DNA of 64,000 nucleotides from Alphaproteobacteria bacterium (GTDB lineage Bacteria; Pseudomonadota; Alphaproteobacteria; Bin95): NCBI GenBank assembly GCA_964291285.2, contig OZ219787.1, positions 2,145,666 to 2,209,665 of the forward strand, read 5' to 3'. Shown piece by piece: positions 53,172 to 63,239 of this stretch (position 1 is its first letter; each line of letters starts with the position of its first letter). The notes under the pieces were generated by a model. It saw only the letters and a program-made list of their open reading frames with translations, ran no database searches and was not told where the DNA came from. The position numbers and the translations under genes were made by a program.

Positions 53172-53765
53172 GTGGATACGGGTAGCGTTGCCGAATTCTC
53201 CGGACTGGTGACCCGGGCGGGGCTGGGCATCGGTGAGACGGCCGGCCTGCTGGGCGTCAGTCCCAGGACCGTGCGGCGCTATATCAACGGCGAGGCCCGG
53301 CGGATCGACCCGCTAAAGGTCGACAGGCTTCGCGAGATCGCCAACGCCCGCTCTCCTGGCGACAGACCGGACGGCTTCCGTTTCATCGACCTGTTCGCCG
53401 GCATTGGCGGCCTGCGCCGGCCGTTCGAAGAGATCGGTGGGCGCTGTGTGTTCACATCCGAATGGGACCGCTTCTGCCGGGAAACCTATACCGCCAATTT
53501 CCCGGAGTCGGCTGACAGCGATCACGAATTCATCGGCGACATACGGCCGCCGGCAGCGAAGCCGGAAACCATACCGGCCCATGACGTCCTGCTGGCCGGG
53601 TTCCCGTGCCAGCCCTTCTCGATTGCAGGCGTATCGAAGAAGAACGCTCTCGGCCAGCCGCACGGCTTCCTGTGCGACACCCAGGGAACATTGTTCTACG
53701 ATCTGGCGAGGATTCTCGACTACCACCGTCCCCCCGCCTTCCTGCTTGAGAATGTCAGGAACCTA
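53172..53765 (+). pseudogene. HTH-fused DNA cytosine-C5 methyltransferase (Dcm-like), truncated after motif VI
   Basis: N-terminal HTH (LLGVSPRTVRRY), DLFAGIGG, GFPCQPFS, LENV, then fused to IS5 sequence. Confidence 0.88.
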
Positions 53766-53879
53766 GGTCCTGTGGACGGATTTGATCAAGATGAAGGCAG
53801 CGGCGAGTGCGACGAAGGAGCTGAAGTTTGTGGCGGTCTTTTCGCAGCGCAGGGCGATGCGTTTGAAGCGTTTGATTTG
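53763..53879 (-). mobile_element. IS5-family transposase 3' end remnant
   Basis: Minus strand reads QIKRFKRIALRCEKTATNFSSFVALAAAFILIKSVHRT*, ending at a CTAG junction. Confidence 0.8.
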
Positions 53880-54380
53880 AATGGCATGACGGATGATGGG
53901 TTGAATTAATACAGCAATTACAATCCATTACAGTGAGAACACAGGATATTTCCAGAAACGTATCAACACTATATCAGCACGACAGCCGGATCGTCGCGGA
54001 AAGCTGTGCGGGGAAGGCAACCCGCGGGTCTCATAAGGCTCGTGTTGCCCGGCGCCCCTCCAGCATTGAGAATGCGGACATGTGTCTCTGGAGCATTCAT
54101 CCCGGGCATCTTGCCCCCGCGGGCTGGCCGTGCTGTGGAGGAGTTGTCACGCAATTCGGAAACCCTGCGCGGACGCTCGAACGACCGGCAACAGCCGGAT
54201 TCCCGGCGCTGCTCAGGCCTGCGCTGCCGACAGGGCCGACGAACGGCTCCCTGAGCCGAACCGGGCCGTATGAACGGCGGATTGGCGGAAGGTTGGGTAC
54301 CTCTGTCGGAATTGGGACTGCCGCAGCGCTCCTATGGCAAGGGCCGTCTCTTCGCTCGGCATGATCGGGACATGGAAAGT

Positions 54381-54421
54381 GCGATATAGCATTTGCTATG
54401 TCGCACGAGATGGTCTAATCC
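54381..54421 (+). promoter_or_regulatory. 24-bp palindrome overlapping the -35 of the helicase promoter
   Basis: GCGATATAGCA-TT-TGCTATGTCGC (54381-54404); TTGCTA-N17-TAATCC. Confidence 0.6.
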
Positions 54422-54460
54422 TTGCGCCCCATGTAATCGAGAAACGACGGGCGACCGGGA

Positions 54461-57400
54461 ATGGGCGACATTCCGGAAGACTATCCACTCCGGGTCAAGG
54501 ACTTGCGTGGGCGGTTGGGGCTCACGCAGGCGCAGATGGCGGAGCGCGTCGGCGTGTCGTTCGCGACAGTGAACCGCTGGGAGAACAGCCAGTCCAGGCC
54601 CGGGCGCCTGGCGTGGCGCGGGATCGTCGATCTGGAAGCCGAGGTCCGGCACTTGACCCGGCCGGCCGAGCCGCCCGCCGCTTCGGCGACGCCAACACTC
54701 GACTTTGGCTCCGAGCCGGCAGCGGTGGCTGCCGTTGCGGCGGCGACGCGGCTCGCCTACGGCCACCTGTCCAACCCGGCTTTCGCCAGCGAGATATCCT
54801 CGATCGACCCGTTGCCGCACCAGCGTATCGCCGTCTACGAGCACATGATCGGCCAGTCGCCGCTGCGGTTTCTCCTTGCCGACGACGCCGGCGCCGGAAA
54901 GACGATCATGACGGGGCTGTATCTCCGCGAGATGCTCGTGCGACGGCTGGTGACCCGTGTGCTTGTGGCGGCGCCGGCCGGGCTGGTGGGCAACTGGGAA
55001 CGCGAGATGCGCATGCTGTTCCGCCTCCCCTTCCGCATCGTGCGCGGCACCGACGCCCGCGCCGGGAACCCGTTCGCCGGACCGGGGGGCGACCGCATCG
55101 TCGTCAGCATCGACACGCTTGTCGGCGAGCGCATGTTCGGGCGCCTTCGCGAGGCGGTGGAATCGGGTGCCGCGCGGCCCTATGACCTCGTGGTGTTCGA
55201 CGAGGCCCACAAGCTGGCCGCCGCCCGCGAGCAGGATTTCCGAGTCCGCAAGACCGACCGCTACCGCCTCGCCGAAGCTCTGGCCGGCCTGCCCGTAGAC
55301 TGTGCGCGCTGGCGCCTGGGCTGGTCGGCGCCGAACATCCTGCTGCTGACCGCGACGCCGCACATGGGCAAGGATTTCCCCTACTACTGCCTGTGGCGCC
55401 TGCTCGCGCCGGACGCGCTGGCGACCTTCGAGGCGTTCGCGGACTTCCCCGAAGCGCAGCGCCGCCGCCACTTCATCCGCCGCACCAAGGAAGAGATGGT
55501 CCACGCCGACGGCCGACCCCTCTACCCGCAACGCAAGTGCGACACCCTCAGCTACGCGCTCAATCCGGCCGAGCAGGAACTCTACGACGCGACGACGCAG
55601 TACATTGAGGAAACCTACAACAAGGCGCGCATTCTGAACCGTTCCGCGGCCCGTCTTGCGATGAGCGTGTTCCAGCGCCGGCTCGCCAGTTCGACCTACG
55701 CCCTGATGCGCTCGTTCGAGCGCCGCCTCGCCCGCCTGGACGAGGCCGTCGCGCTCGTCCGGGCCGGCCGCAGCGAGGAGCTGGAGCGGGGCCAGACCCG
55801 GCTCGGGAAGACACCGGATTTCTTCGAATCCCGCACCGCCGACGAGGAGGCGGACGACAGCGGCGAACGGGAGCGCCACGAGGAATTCGAAGAGGCCGCG
55901 CTCGGCGGTTTCGCCGCGCTCACCCTGACGCAACTCCGGGAGGAGCGGGCGGAGGTCGAGGTCCTTCTGTTCCAGGCGCGCCGCCTCGCCGAAGCTGGCG
56001 AGGACTCCAAGTTCGAGAAGCTGCGCGCGGTCATGGGCGATCCGGCCTTCGCCCGGGAGAAGCTCATCGTCTTCACCGAGCACCGCGACACGGCGGCGTT
56101 TCTGGTGCGCCGCCTGGAAGGTCTCGGCTTCGCCGGGCGGGTCGCCCTGGTCCACGGCGGGCTGGACTACCGCGCGCGCGAGGCGCAGGTGGAACTGTTC
56201 CGGCGTCCGGCGGAGCGCGGCGGCGCCAGCTATCTGGTCGCGACCGATGCCGCCGGCGAGGGCATCAACCTTCAGTTCTGCTGGCTGATGGTGAACTACG
56301 ACGTGCCATGGAACCCGGCGCGGCTGGAGCAGAGGATGGGGCGCATCCACCGCTACGGGCAGATGCGCGACCCGGTGGTAATCGTCAACCTGGTCGCCGG
56401 GGAGACGCGCGAAGGCCGGGTTCTCAAGGTGCTGCTCGACAAGCTCGAGGCGATCCGCAAGGAACTCCGCTCGGACAAGGTGTTCGATGTCGTCGGGCAC
56501 TTGTTCGAGAATCTGCCGCTCAAGGATTATCTGGAGCAGGCGGTGACGGAGGCTGGCGCCCGTGCCGCTGTCGAGGCGTTCGAGGCCAATCTGACGCCGG
56601 AACGGGCGGTCGCCATTGAAGCGCGGGAGCGTGGCCTCTACGGCAACGGCGAGGTCCGCGCCCGCCTTCCCGAACTCAACGCGACCATGGAGCGGGAACA
56701 GTATCGCCGCCTGCTCCCCGGCCATGTCCGCCACTTCGTCGAGACCGCGGCCCCCTTGATCGACCTGCGGCTGGAGGGCGATGCGGGCGGCGTGTTCGAC
56801 TTCGTGCCCCAACGCCCGCGCGCCGCCGACGATATGCGCGCCGCGATGGACGTCTACCCCGAAGCGATGCGGGGCCGGTTGACGTTCCAGCGTCCGGAAT
56901 CTGGCGGCGACACCATCTGGATGCATCCCGGCGAGCCGGTGTTCGAGTGCTTTCACGCCGCTCTGCTGGCGCGCCACGGCGGCGAGGCGCTGCGCGGCGC
57001 GATATTCGTCGATCCCCACGCCGAGGAACCCTACCTCTTTCACCTGGCCCGGGTCTCGGTGGTGCGGCGCGGCCGGAACCGGGTGGAGACGGTCGAGATA
57101 CGCCCGGTCGGGCTGCGGCAGGAGAGCGACGGCGCCGTTTCGCCCTGCCCGCCGGAGCATCTGCTCTTGTTGCGCGGCATTGGCGGCGTCGCGCCCGGCA
57201 GCATACCGCTGGCCCGCGCGGCGCACAGGCTCACGGAGAACGCCAGGGCGTCGCTGAAGGAGACTGCACTGCGCATGGCGGCGAAACATCGCGTGCGCCT
57301 TGAGGAGGCGCTGCCGGAACGGCGCCGTTGGACCGCGCGCGGCTACGACTACAAGACCGCCGAATTGATGACGAGGCGCCGGAGCATGAGCGGGGAGGCC

Positions 57401-58015
57401 CGCCAGGGCGATTCGCAAGCGCAAGCGGAGCTCGCCATCGTGAAGGAAGAGCAGAACCGCCTGGTCGCGGAGCAGCGCTGCCATCTGGCGGCGCTGGAGG
57501 CGGAGCCTGCCTCGATCGGGCCCGGCGAGGCAGCGATGATCGCCCATGCACTGGTCCTGCCGACCGGTGACCCGGAAGAGCGGCAGCGGCACGACGCCGA
57601 AGTCGAGGCGATCGCCATGGCCCATGCGCGCGCCCATGAGGAAGCGGCGGGGGCTTCGGTTCGAGACGTGTCGCGGCCCGCGCTGGCGCGGCGCGCCGGC
57701 TTGGGCGACTGGCCCGGCTTCGACCTTCGTTCGCTGCGCCCGGCCGGAGCGGGCGGGCCGGCCGAGGACCGCGCCATAGAGGTCAAGGGCCGCGCCGGAT
57801 CGGGCGCGGTGGAAGTGAGCGAAAACGAATGGGCGGCGGCCTGCAACCTGCGCGAGCGCTACTGGCTCTATGTCGTCTTCGATTGCGCCGGGCCGCGCCC
57901 CCGCCTGGTCAGGGTGCGCGACCCCTTCGGCCGCCTGCTGGCCCGGACGAAAGGCGGCGTCGTCATCTCGGCGTCGGAAATCTTGTCGGCAAGCACGGAC
58001 GAGAGGGTGGCGTAA
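54461..58015 (+). CDS. XRE-HTH + SNF2 helicase + DUF3883 (NO VEIN-like) nuclease-domain protein
   Basis: LGLTQAQMAERVGVSFATVNRWEN; LADDAGAGKT, DEAH, TATP, GEGINLQ, WNPARLEQRMGRIHRYGQ; GFDLRS...IEVKGR...SENEW. Confidence 0.92.
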   Translation: MGDIPEDYPLRVKDLRGRLGLTQAQMAERVGVSFATVNRWENSQSRPGRLAWRGIVDLEAEVRHLTRPAEPPAASATPTLDFGSEPAAVAAVAAATRLAYGHLSNPAFASEISSIDPLPHQRIAVYEHMIGQSPLRFLLADDAGAGKTIMTGLYLREMLVRRLVTRVLVAAPAGLVGNWEREMRMLFRLPFRIVRGTDARAGNPFAGPGGDRIVVSIDTLVGERMFGRLREAVESGAARPYDLVVFDEAHKLAAAREQDFRVRKTDRYRLAEALAGLPVDCARWRLGWSAPNILLLTATPHMGKDFPYYCLWRLLAPDALATFEAFADFPEAQRRRHFIRRTKEEMVHADGRPLYPQRKCDTLSYALNPAEQELYDATTQYIEETYNKARILNRSAARLAMSVFQRRLASSTYALMRSFERRLARLDEAVALVRAGRSEELERGQTRLGKTPDFFESRTADEEADDSGERERHEEFEEAALGGFAALTLTQLREERAEVEVLLFQARRLAEAGEDSKFEKLRAVMGDPAFAREKLIVFTEHRDTAAFLVRRLEGLGFAGRVALVHGGLDYRAREAQVELFRRPAERGGASYLVATDAAGEGINLQFCWLMVNYDVPWNPARLEQRMGRIHRYGQMRDPVVIVNLVAGETREGRVLKVLLDKLEAIRKELRSDKVFDVVGHLFENLPLKDYLEQAVTEAGARAAVEAFEANLTPERAVAIEARERGLYGNGEVRARLPELNATMEREQYRRLLPGHVRHFVETAAPLIDLRLEGDAGGVFDFVPQRPRAADDMRAAMDVYPEAMRGRLTFQRPESGGDTIWMHPGEPVFECFHAALLARHGGEALRGAIFVDPHAEEPYLFHLARVSVVRRGRNRVETVEIRPVGLRQESDGAVSPCPPEHLLLLRGIGGVAPGSIPLARAAHRLTENARASLKETALRMAAKHRVRLEEALPERRRWTARGYDYKTAELMTRRRSMSGEARQGDSQAQAELAIVKEEQNRLVAEQRCHLAALEAEPASIGPGEAAMIAHALVLPTGDPEERQRHDAEVEAIAMAHARAHEEAAGASVRDVSRPALARRAGLGDWPGFDLRSLRPAGAGGPAEDRAIEVKGRAGSGAVEVSENEWAAACNLRERYWLYVVFDCAGPRPRLVRVRDPFGRLLARTKGGVVISASEILSASTDERVA

Positions 58016-59949
58016 TGCCGTGGAATGACGATTTACACGGTGCCGCGCTTAACATTGCTGCGTCAGACGCATCACCCCTGCGTGTACGTGCAGGCCCTGG
58101 CACCGGCAAGACTTTTACGTTGATGCGCCGGATCGCGCGTTTCCTGGAGCAGGGAATCGAACCAGAGCGCATTCTTGTATGTACATTTACTCGGACAGCC
58201 GCGGCTGATCTGAAAGAAGCCGTCGTTGCGTTGAATGCGCCTGGAGCAGATAGTGTAAAAACGACTACCATCCATGGCCATTGTTTCGGAATCCTCATGC
58301 GAGATGATGTTTTGGCTTCGACCTCTCGGGTTCCTCGGCCGCTATTGGAGTTTGAGCGGCGCTTTCTCTTGGAGGATCTACCGGGAAACGCCTTCGGCAC
58401 GATCCACGGCAAGCGGAAACGGCTCATGGCCTTTGAGGCGGCTTGGGCGAGACTCCAAGACGAGCAGCCAGGTTGGCCAAACGATGCAACGGATAAGGCT
58501 TTCCAAGCCGCGCTTCTTGATTGGTTGCGCTTTCATGGGGCAATGTTGATCGGCGAACTTGTACCGGAAGTCTTGCGTTATCTTCGGAACAACCCCGCGG
58601 CACGGGACTTTGATCAGTTCACGGAGATTCTCGTTGACGAGTATCAAGACCTGAACGTCGCCGAGCAGGAGGTGATCGATCTACTTGCCATAGACGCGAA
58701 GTTGACAGTTATTGGTGACGAAGATCAATCGATCTATTCTTTCAAGTGCGCACACCCGGAAGGGATCGAGGAGTTTGACCTGAGAAATACCGGAACTGCA
58801 GACGAAACGTTGGAGGTATTTCGGCGGTGCCCAACCACAATTGTCGCACCGGCCAATGAATTAATCAGCAACAATAACGATAGAGTCAATCGATCTCTGT
58901 TGCCGCATGTGGAAAACGGCCAAGGGGAAGTCCATATCGTCCAATGGACAGATATCGAGGCGGAGGCGAACGGGTTAGCTCAATTCATCCGACAGCGTAT
59001 CGTCGATGAACGAGTCCATCCCGGTCGGGTTCTCGTTCTCGCTCCACGCCGGGTGTTCGGCTATGCGGTTCGTGATGCCTTGACGGCGCTAGATGTGCCG
59101 GCCCACAGCTTCTTTCAGGAACAGGCGCTCGAAGGCGATCCAAAGAGCAGGGACGGTAGCAAGAAGCAGCAGGTATTTACCCTTTTGACGCTTGCGGCCG
59201 ATCCAACTGACGCAGCAGCGCTTCGCTGCTGGTGCGGTTTCGGCAATCACTCTCTTCACGCCCCCGCTTGGGGACGGATTCGCGAATTGTGTCAGCAACC
59301 GGACCATTCCCTAACGGATGTGCTTGAAGGCATTCGGGATGAGCGCATTTCGTTGTGTTATGGCAACTCTCTCCGCGACAGGCTTTCTGAACTTCGACAG
59401 CGGCTACAGGTTCTTGAGAATTTGGTTGGCCAAGCTTTTGTGGATGCATTGTTTCCAGCGGACGACTCCGACTTTGAGGAGCTTCGCGAACTGACTTCTA
59501 GTCTTCCTGAGGGTGCCGATGCCAAATCTCTCCTGGATATACTTCGCACACGCATCACCCAACCTGAATTGCCGACAGATGTCAATTATGTTCGCGTAAT
59601 GAGTCTGCACAAATCAAAGGGTCTGACCGCCGATCTCGTAATCGTGATGGGTTGTGTTGAAGGACTAACTTCACACGTTGGTGATTCGCTATCGGAGGCA
59701 GAGAAGAACAAGGATCTCGAAGAACAACGGCGACTGTTCTATGTTGCCGTGACTCGTTCACGTGATACACTAATTCTGTCGAGCGTCACACACTTGCCTC
59801 GAAACTTGGCTTATCAACTTAAAGTGCGTATAACCGGTCGAAAGAATGTTGTTCCGACCATTACCTCACGCTTCATCCACGAGCTGGGTCCTAGAAGACC
59901 GAATCCGGTCAAAGGCGCGCAACTGCTCGAAACAGGGATTGGCGTATGA
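58015..59949 (+). CDS. UvrD/Rep-family (SF1A) ATP-dependent helicase, lower GC than neighbours
   Basis: TAATG overlap start; AGPGTGKT, TFTR.AA, VDEYQD, GDEDQSIY, HKSKGL, EEQRRLFYVAVTR. Confidence 0.92.
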   Translation: MPWNDDLHGAALNIAASDASPLRVRAGPGTGKTFTLMRRIARFLEQGIEPERILVCTFTRTAAADLKEAVVALNAPGADSVKTTTIHGHCFGILMRDDVLASTSRVPRPLLEFERRFLLEDLPGNAFGTIHGKRKRLMAFEAAWARLQDEQPGWPNDATDKAFQAALLDWLRFHGAMLIGELVPEVLRYLRNNPAARDFDQFTEILVDEYQDLNVAEQEVIDLLAIDAKLTVIGDEDQSIYSFKCAHPEGIEEFDLRNTGTADETLEVFRRCPTTIVAPANELISNNNDRVNRSLLPHVENGQGEVHIVQWTDIEAEANGLAQFIRQRIVDERVHPGRVLVLAPRRVFGYAVRDALTALDVPAHSFFQEQALEGDPKSRDGSKKQQVFTLLTLAADPTDAAALRCWCGFGNHSLHAPAWGRIRELCQQPDHSLTDVLEGIRDERISLCYGNSLRDRLSELRQRLQVLENLVGQAFVDALFPADDSDFEELRELTSSLPEGADAKSLLDILRTRITQPELPTDVNYVRVMSLHKSKGLTADLVIVMGCVEGLTSHVGDSLSEAEKNKDLEEQRRLFYVAVTRSRDTLILSSVTHLPRNLAYQLKVRITGRKNVVPTITSRFIHELGPRRPNPVKGAQLLETGIGV

Positions 59950-60020
59950 CCGCGCGCCGCAAGATTCTGATCATCACCGGGCCGACCGGACCCGCACAGC
60001 CGCGCGGCGCCGCCCCATGA
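59946..60020 (+). other. 24-codon ORF coupled by ATGA overlaps at both ends; possible P-loop gene stub
   Basis: MTARRKILIITGPTGPAQPRGAAP*; its ATG overlaps the UvrD TGA and its TGA overlaps the DUF1156 ATG. Confidence 0.55.
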
Positions 60021-63000
60021 CCGCCGAGCGCGACACCCGCCTGATCGAGGTGGATTTTCCGCTGGAGCGGGTCTCGATCGACTCCGTGCATGAGAAGAAC
60101 GTCCGGCACGGGCATATCTCGACCCTGCATATCTGGCCGGCGCGGCGACCCTTGGCGGCGTGCCGGGCGGCGCTGGTGGCGACGCTGCTGCCCGATCCCG
60201 GTGATGCGGCGGCACGGCAGGCCCTCTACAGCCGGCTGGCGGGCGAGGTCATCGAGACGGTCAAGGCCGAACGCCGCGGCGGCCGCGCGTTGGATCAGCA
60301 CCGACGCGAGACCTCAGGCGGCCTGCTGCACTGGGGGCGCGAGGACGGCCCGGACCTGCAATGGTTCCGCGAGCGCATCCGCCAGGCCCATGGCGGACGC
60401 GCGCCCAGGGTGCTGGACCCGTTCGCCGGCGGCGGCGCGATTCCGTTGGAGGCGATGCGGCTGGGCTGCGAGGCCACCGCCATCGACATCAACCCGGTCG
60501 CCTGGTTCATCCTGAAATGCACGCTCGACTATCCGTACCGCCTTGCTGGCGAGGCCCTCCCGCTGCCTGATTTTGCGCGCGCCGACAGCGACTTCATGGC
60601 GGCGTTCCTCAAGGCCAGGGGGTTCAAGGGCAAGGCCCTGGCCCGCCAACTTGCCGCGCTCGGCCTAGGCGAGGACGCTGGCGATGCGGAGCCGGGGCTG
60701 CTCGACGACGCCCCGGAAACCGGCGGCGATCTTCTCCAGGCCGACCTCGCCTGGCAGTTGCGCGCCTGGGGCCGATATGTGCTGGCCCGCGTCCGCGCGG
60801 CGCTGGCGGAGCGCTATCCCACCTATGCCGAATTCCAGGCGCTCGTGCCCGGCGGCAAGTCCTGTGAGGAACGGCCGCTCGCGCTGCTGGCGCCGGATGA
60901 AAGGGGCGAGACTGACGCCGGGCCATTGAACGACAGGTTCGACGGGGCACATCTGGAGGACCCGCGCAACCCGCGCTGGGTGCCGAAACCGACAGTGGCG
61001 TATCTGTGGGCGCGCACGGTGCGCTGCAAGGGCTGCCGGGCGACATTGCCCCTGCTCAAGACGCGCTGGCTCTGCAAGAAGGACAACAAGCGTATCCTGC
61101 TCACGATGGCGTCGAACGCGGACGGCACCGGCGTCGATTTCGGCGTCGAGACCGACGTGCCACGGGCTGGCGGCAATGCGGCGCAGCAGCGCGAGCACGA
61201 CAAACGGCTCGGCGCAGGCACGATGAGCCGCAGCGGTGCGCGCTGCCCTTGCTGCCCAACGATCATGACCATGGAGGATATCCGCCTCGAAGGCCGCGCC
61301 GGGCGGCTGGGCGCTATCATGACCGCCGTGGTCGTGGACGGGCCGAAGGGCAAGGAATACCGGCTGCCGCAAGACGAGGAACTGCGCGCCGCGGAAGTCT
61401 CCGCCGACGAACTGGAAGCGCTGTATGCCGACATTCCCTTCGGGCTGCCGATGGAGCTAACACCGCGCCAGGGGCGGGGCGCTGCCCGCGCCTTCTCGGT
61501 GGAGAATTACGGCCTCGACCGCTGGGGCAAGCTGTTCACCGACCGGCAGCTTCTGGCGCTGGGTTCGGTGCTGCGGGAGATGCGCCGGTGCGCCGACGCG
61601 ATGGCGGACCTCCCGCCAGAATGGCGGGAGGCTATCCTGGCCTGTCTGGCCCCGTCGCTCGGCCGCCTCGCCGACCGGGGCAGCGCGCTTGCGACCTGGA
61701 CCAACGACCCGGAGAAAATCCGCAGCACGTTCGCTCGTTTCGCGCTGCCCGTCGTCTGGGACTTCGCCGAATCCTGTCCGCTAGCCGACACCACCGGCGG
61801 CTTCGTCCAGGCCGTCGAGTGGATCGCCCGCGTCGTCGAACATCTGCAAGACGCGACAAACGGCGCGCCCAGCGTAACGGTGCTGCGGCAGTCGGCCCTC
61901 GCATCCGTTCCCGGCGGTTTCGACGCCATCGTCACGGACCCGCCCTATTACGACGCCATCCCCTATTCGGACCTGATGGATTTCTTCCATGTCTGGCTGC
62001 GCCGGGCGCTGCATGGCGTCGTGCCGGACGCCGAACCGGCGTTCGCCGACCCTCTCGGCCCGAAATGGAATGCGGCCGGCAGCGACGGCGAACTGATCGA
62101 CGACGCCAGCCGGTTCGGCGGCGACCGGGCGGCGTCCAAGCAGGCCTATGAAGACGGCATGGCCCGCGCCTTCCAGGCCTGCCACGAGGCGCTGAAGCCG
62201 GAGGGCCGGCTGGTCGTCGTCTTCGCGAACAAGTCCCCCGACGCCTGGGAGACCCTGGTCGCGGCGCTGATCCGCGCCGGGTTCGTCGTCACCGGCTCCT
62301 GGCCGATCCAGACCGAGATGCAGACCCGGCAGCGTTCGCTGTCCTCTGCCGCCCTCGCCTCCTCGGTCTGGCTCGTCTGCCGCAAGCGCCCGCCGGCCCG
62401 GCCGGGCTGGGACAGCGCGGTGCTGGCCGAGATGCGCGAGAACATCGTGCGGCGGCTGCGCGGCTTCTGGGATGCCGGCATCCGCGGGCCGGACTTCGTG
62501 TGGGCCGCGACGGGGCCGGCGCTCGAAGCCTTCTCCCGGCATCCGGCGGTGAAGAAGGCCGATGCGCCCGGCGAGACCATGGCGGTCTCCGAATTCCTGC
62601 GCGAGGTGCGCCGCATGGTGGTCGATTTCGTCGTCGGCCGGGTGCTGACCGGCGACGGCGACCCCGAGGCGGTGCGCGGCCTCGATGATGTGACGACCTA
62701 TTACCTGCTGCACCGCGGCGATTTCGGCCTGGGCGAGGCCCCCGCCGGGGCCTGCATCCTCTATGCGCTGTCCTGCAACCTGTCCGACCGCGACCTCTCC
62801 GACCGATTCGCCATCCTGTCACGACCTGGCCGCGTCCAATCCGACGAATCAGATGACGACGGGACCGGCGAGGAAGACGAGGACGGCGGCGGCGCTGCGG
62901 GTGCCGGCGGCGGGGGCGGCAAGGCGAAGCTGCTGCCCTGGAACCGGCGCAAGGCCAGAGGGCTGGGACTCGAAGGTCCGGGCGGGCGCCCCGCGCCGCT

Positions 63001-63238
63001 GATCGACCGGGCGCACCGGCTGATGCAGCTCTGGCGCGCGGGCGACGAGGCGAAGGTGAACGCCTATATCGACGACAGCGGCCTCGCGCGCCACGCCCTG
63101 TTCGCGCGGCTGCTGCAGGCGCTGATCGAACTGGCGCCAGCCGGCTCGGAGGAACGCGCGATCCTCGAATCCCTCTCCAACCACCTCGCCACCCGCGCCG
63201 GCCTCGCCGCCCCGCGCCAGGCAAGGCTGGAAGTCTAA
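60017..63238 (+). CDS. DUF1156-domain amino (adenine-type) DNA methyltransferase with zinc-ribbon insert
   Basis: RLIEVDFP...EK..RHGHISTLHIWPARRPLAACRA, LDPFAGGGAIPLE, CKGC/CPCC, TDPPYY. Confidence 0.92.
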   Translation: MTAERDTRLIEVDFPLERVSIDSVHEKNVRHGHISTLHIWPARRPLAACRAALVATLLPDPGDAAARQALYSRLAGEVIETVKAERRGGRALDQHRRETSGGLLHWGREDGPDLQWFRERIRQAHGGRAPRVLDPFAGGGAIPLEAMRLGCEATAIDINPVAWFILKCTLDYPYRLAGEALPLPDFARADSDFMAAFLKARGFKGKALARQLAALGLGEDAGDAEPGLLDDAPETGGDLLQADLAWQLRAWGRYVLARVRAALAERYPTYAEFQALVPGGKSCEERPLALLAPDERGETDAGPLNDRFDGAHLEDPRNPRWVPKPTVAYLWARTVRCKGCRATLPLLKTRWLCKKDNKRILLTMASNADGTGVDFGVETDVPRAGGNAAQQREHDKRLGAGTMSRSGARCPCCPTIMTMEDIRLEGRAGRLGAIMTAVVVDGPKGKEYRLPQDEELRAAEVSADELEALYADIPFGLPMELTPRQGRGAARAFSVENYGLDRWGKLFTDRQLLALGSVLREMRRCADAMADLPPEWREAILACLAPSLGRLADRGSALATWTNDPEKIRSTFARFALPVVWDFAESCPLADTTGGFVQAVEWIARVVEHLQDATNGAPSVTVLRQSALASVPGGFDAIVTDPPYYDAIPYSDLMDFFHVWLRRALHGVVPDAEPAFADPLGPKWNAAGSDGELIDDASRFGGDRAASKQAYEDGMARAFQACHEALKPEGRLVVVFANKSPDAWETLVAALIRAGFVVTGSWPIQTEMQTRQRSLSSAALASSVWLVCRKRPPARPGWDSAVLAEMRENIVRRLRGFWDAGIRGPDFVWAATGPALEAFSRHPAVKKADAPGETMAVSEFLREVRRMVVDFVVGRVLTGDGDPEAVRGLDDVTTYYLLHRGDFGLGEAPAGACILYALSCNLSDRDLSDRFAILSRPGRVQSDESDDDGTGEEDEDGGGAAGAGGGGGKAKLLPWNRRKARGLGLEGPGGRPAPLIDRAHRLMQLWRAGDEAKVNAYIDDSGLARHALFARLLQALIELAPAGSEERAILESLSNHLATRAGLAAPRQARLEV

Positions 63239-63239
63239 C

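Noticed and set aside
53933-54364. 143-aa ORF between the IS5 remnant and the helicase
   Set aside because: No motif or clear RBS; probably degraded intergenic sequence
54332-57637. 1101-aa antisense ORF (also 12011-14290, 4485-7169, 23085-25289)
   Set aside because: Antisense shadows of well-supported genes, common in high-GC DNA
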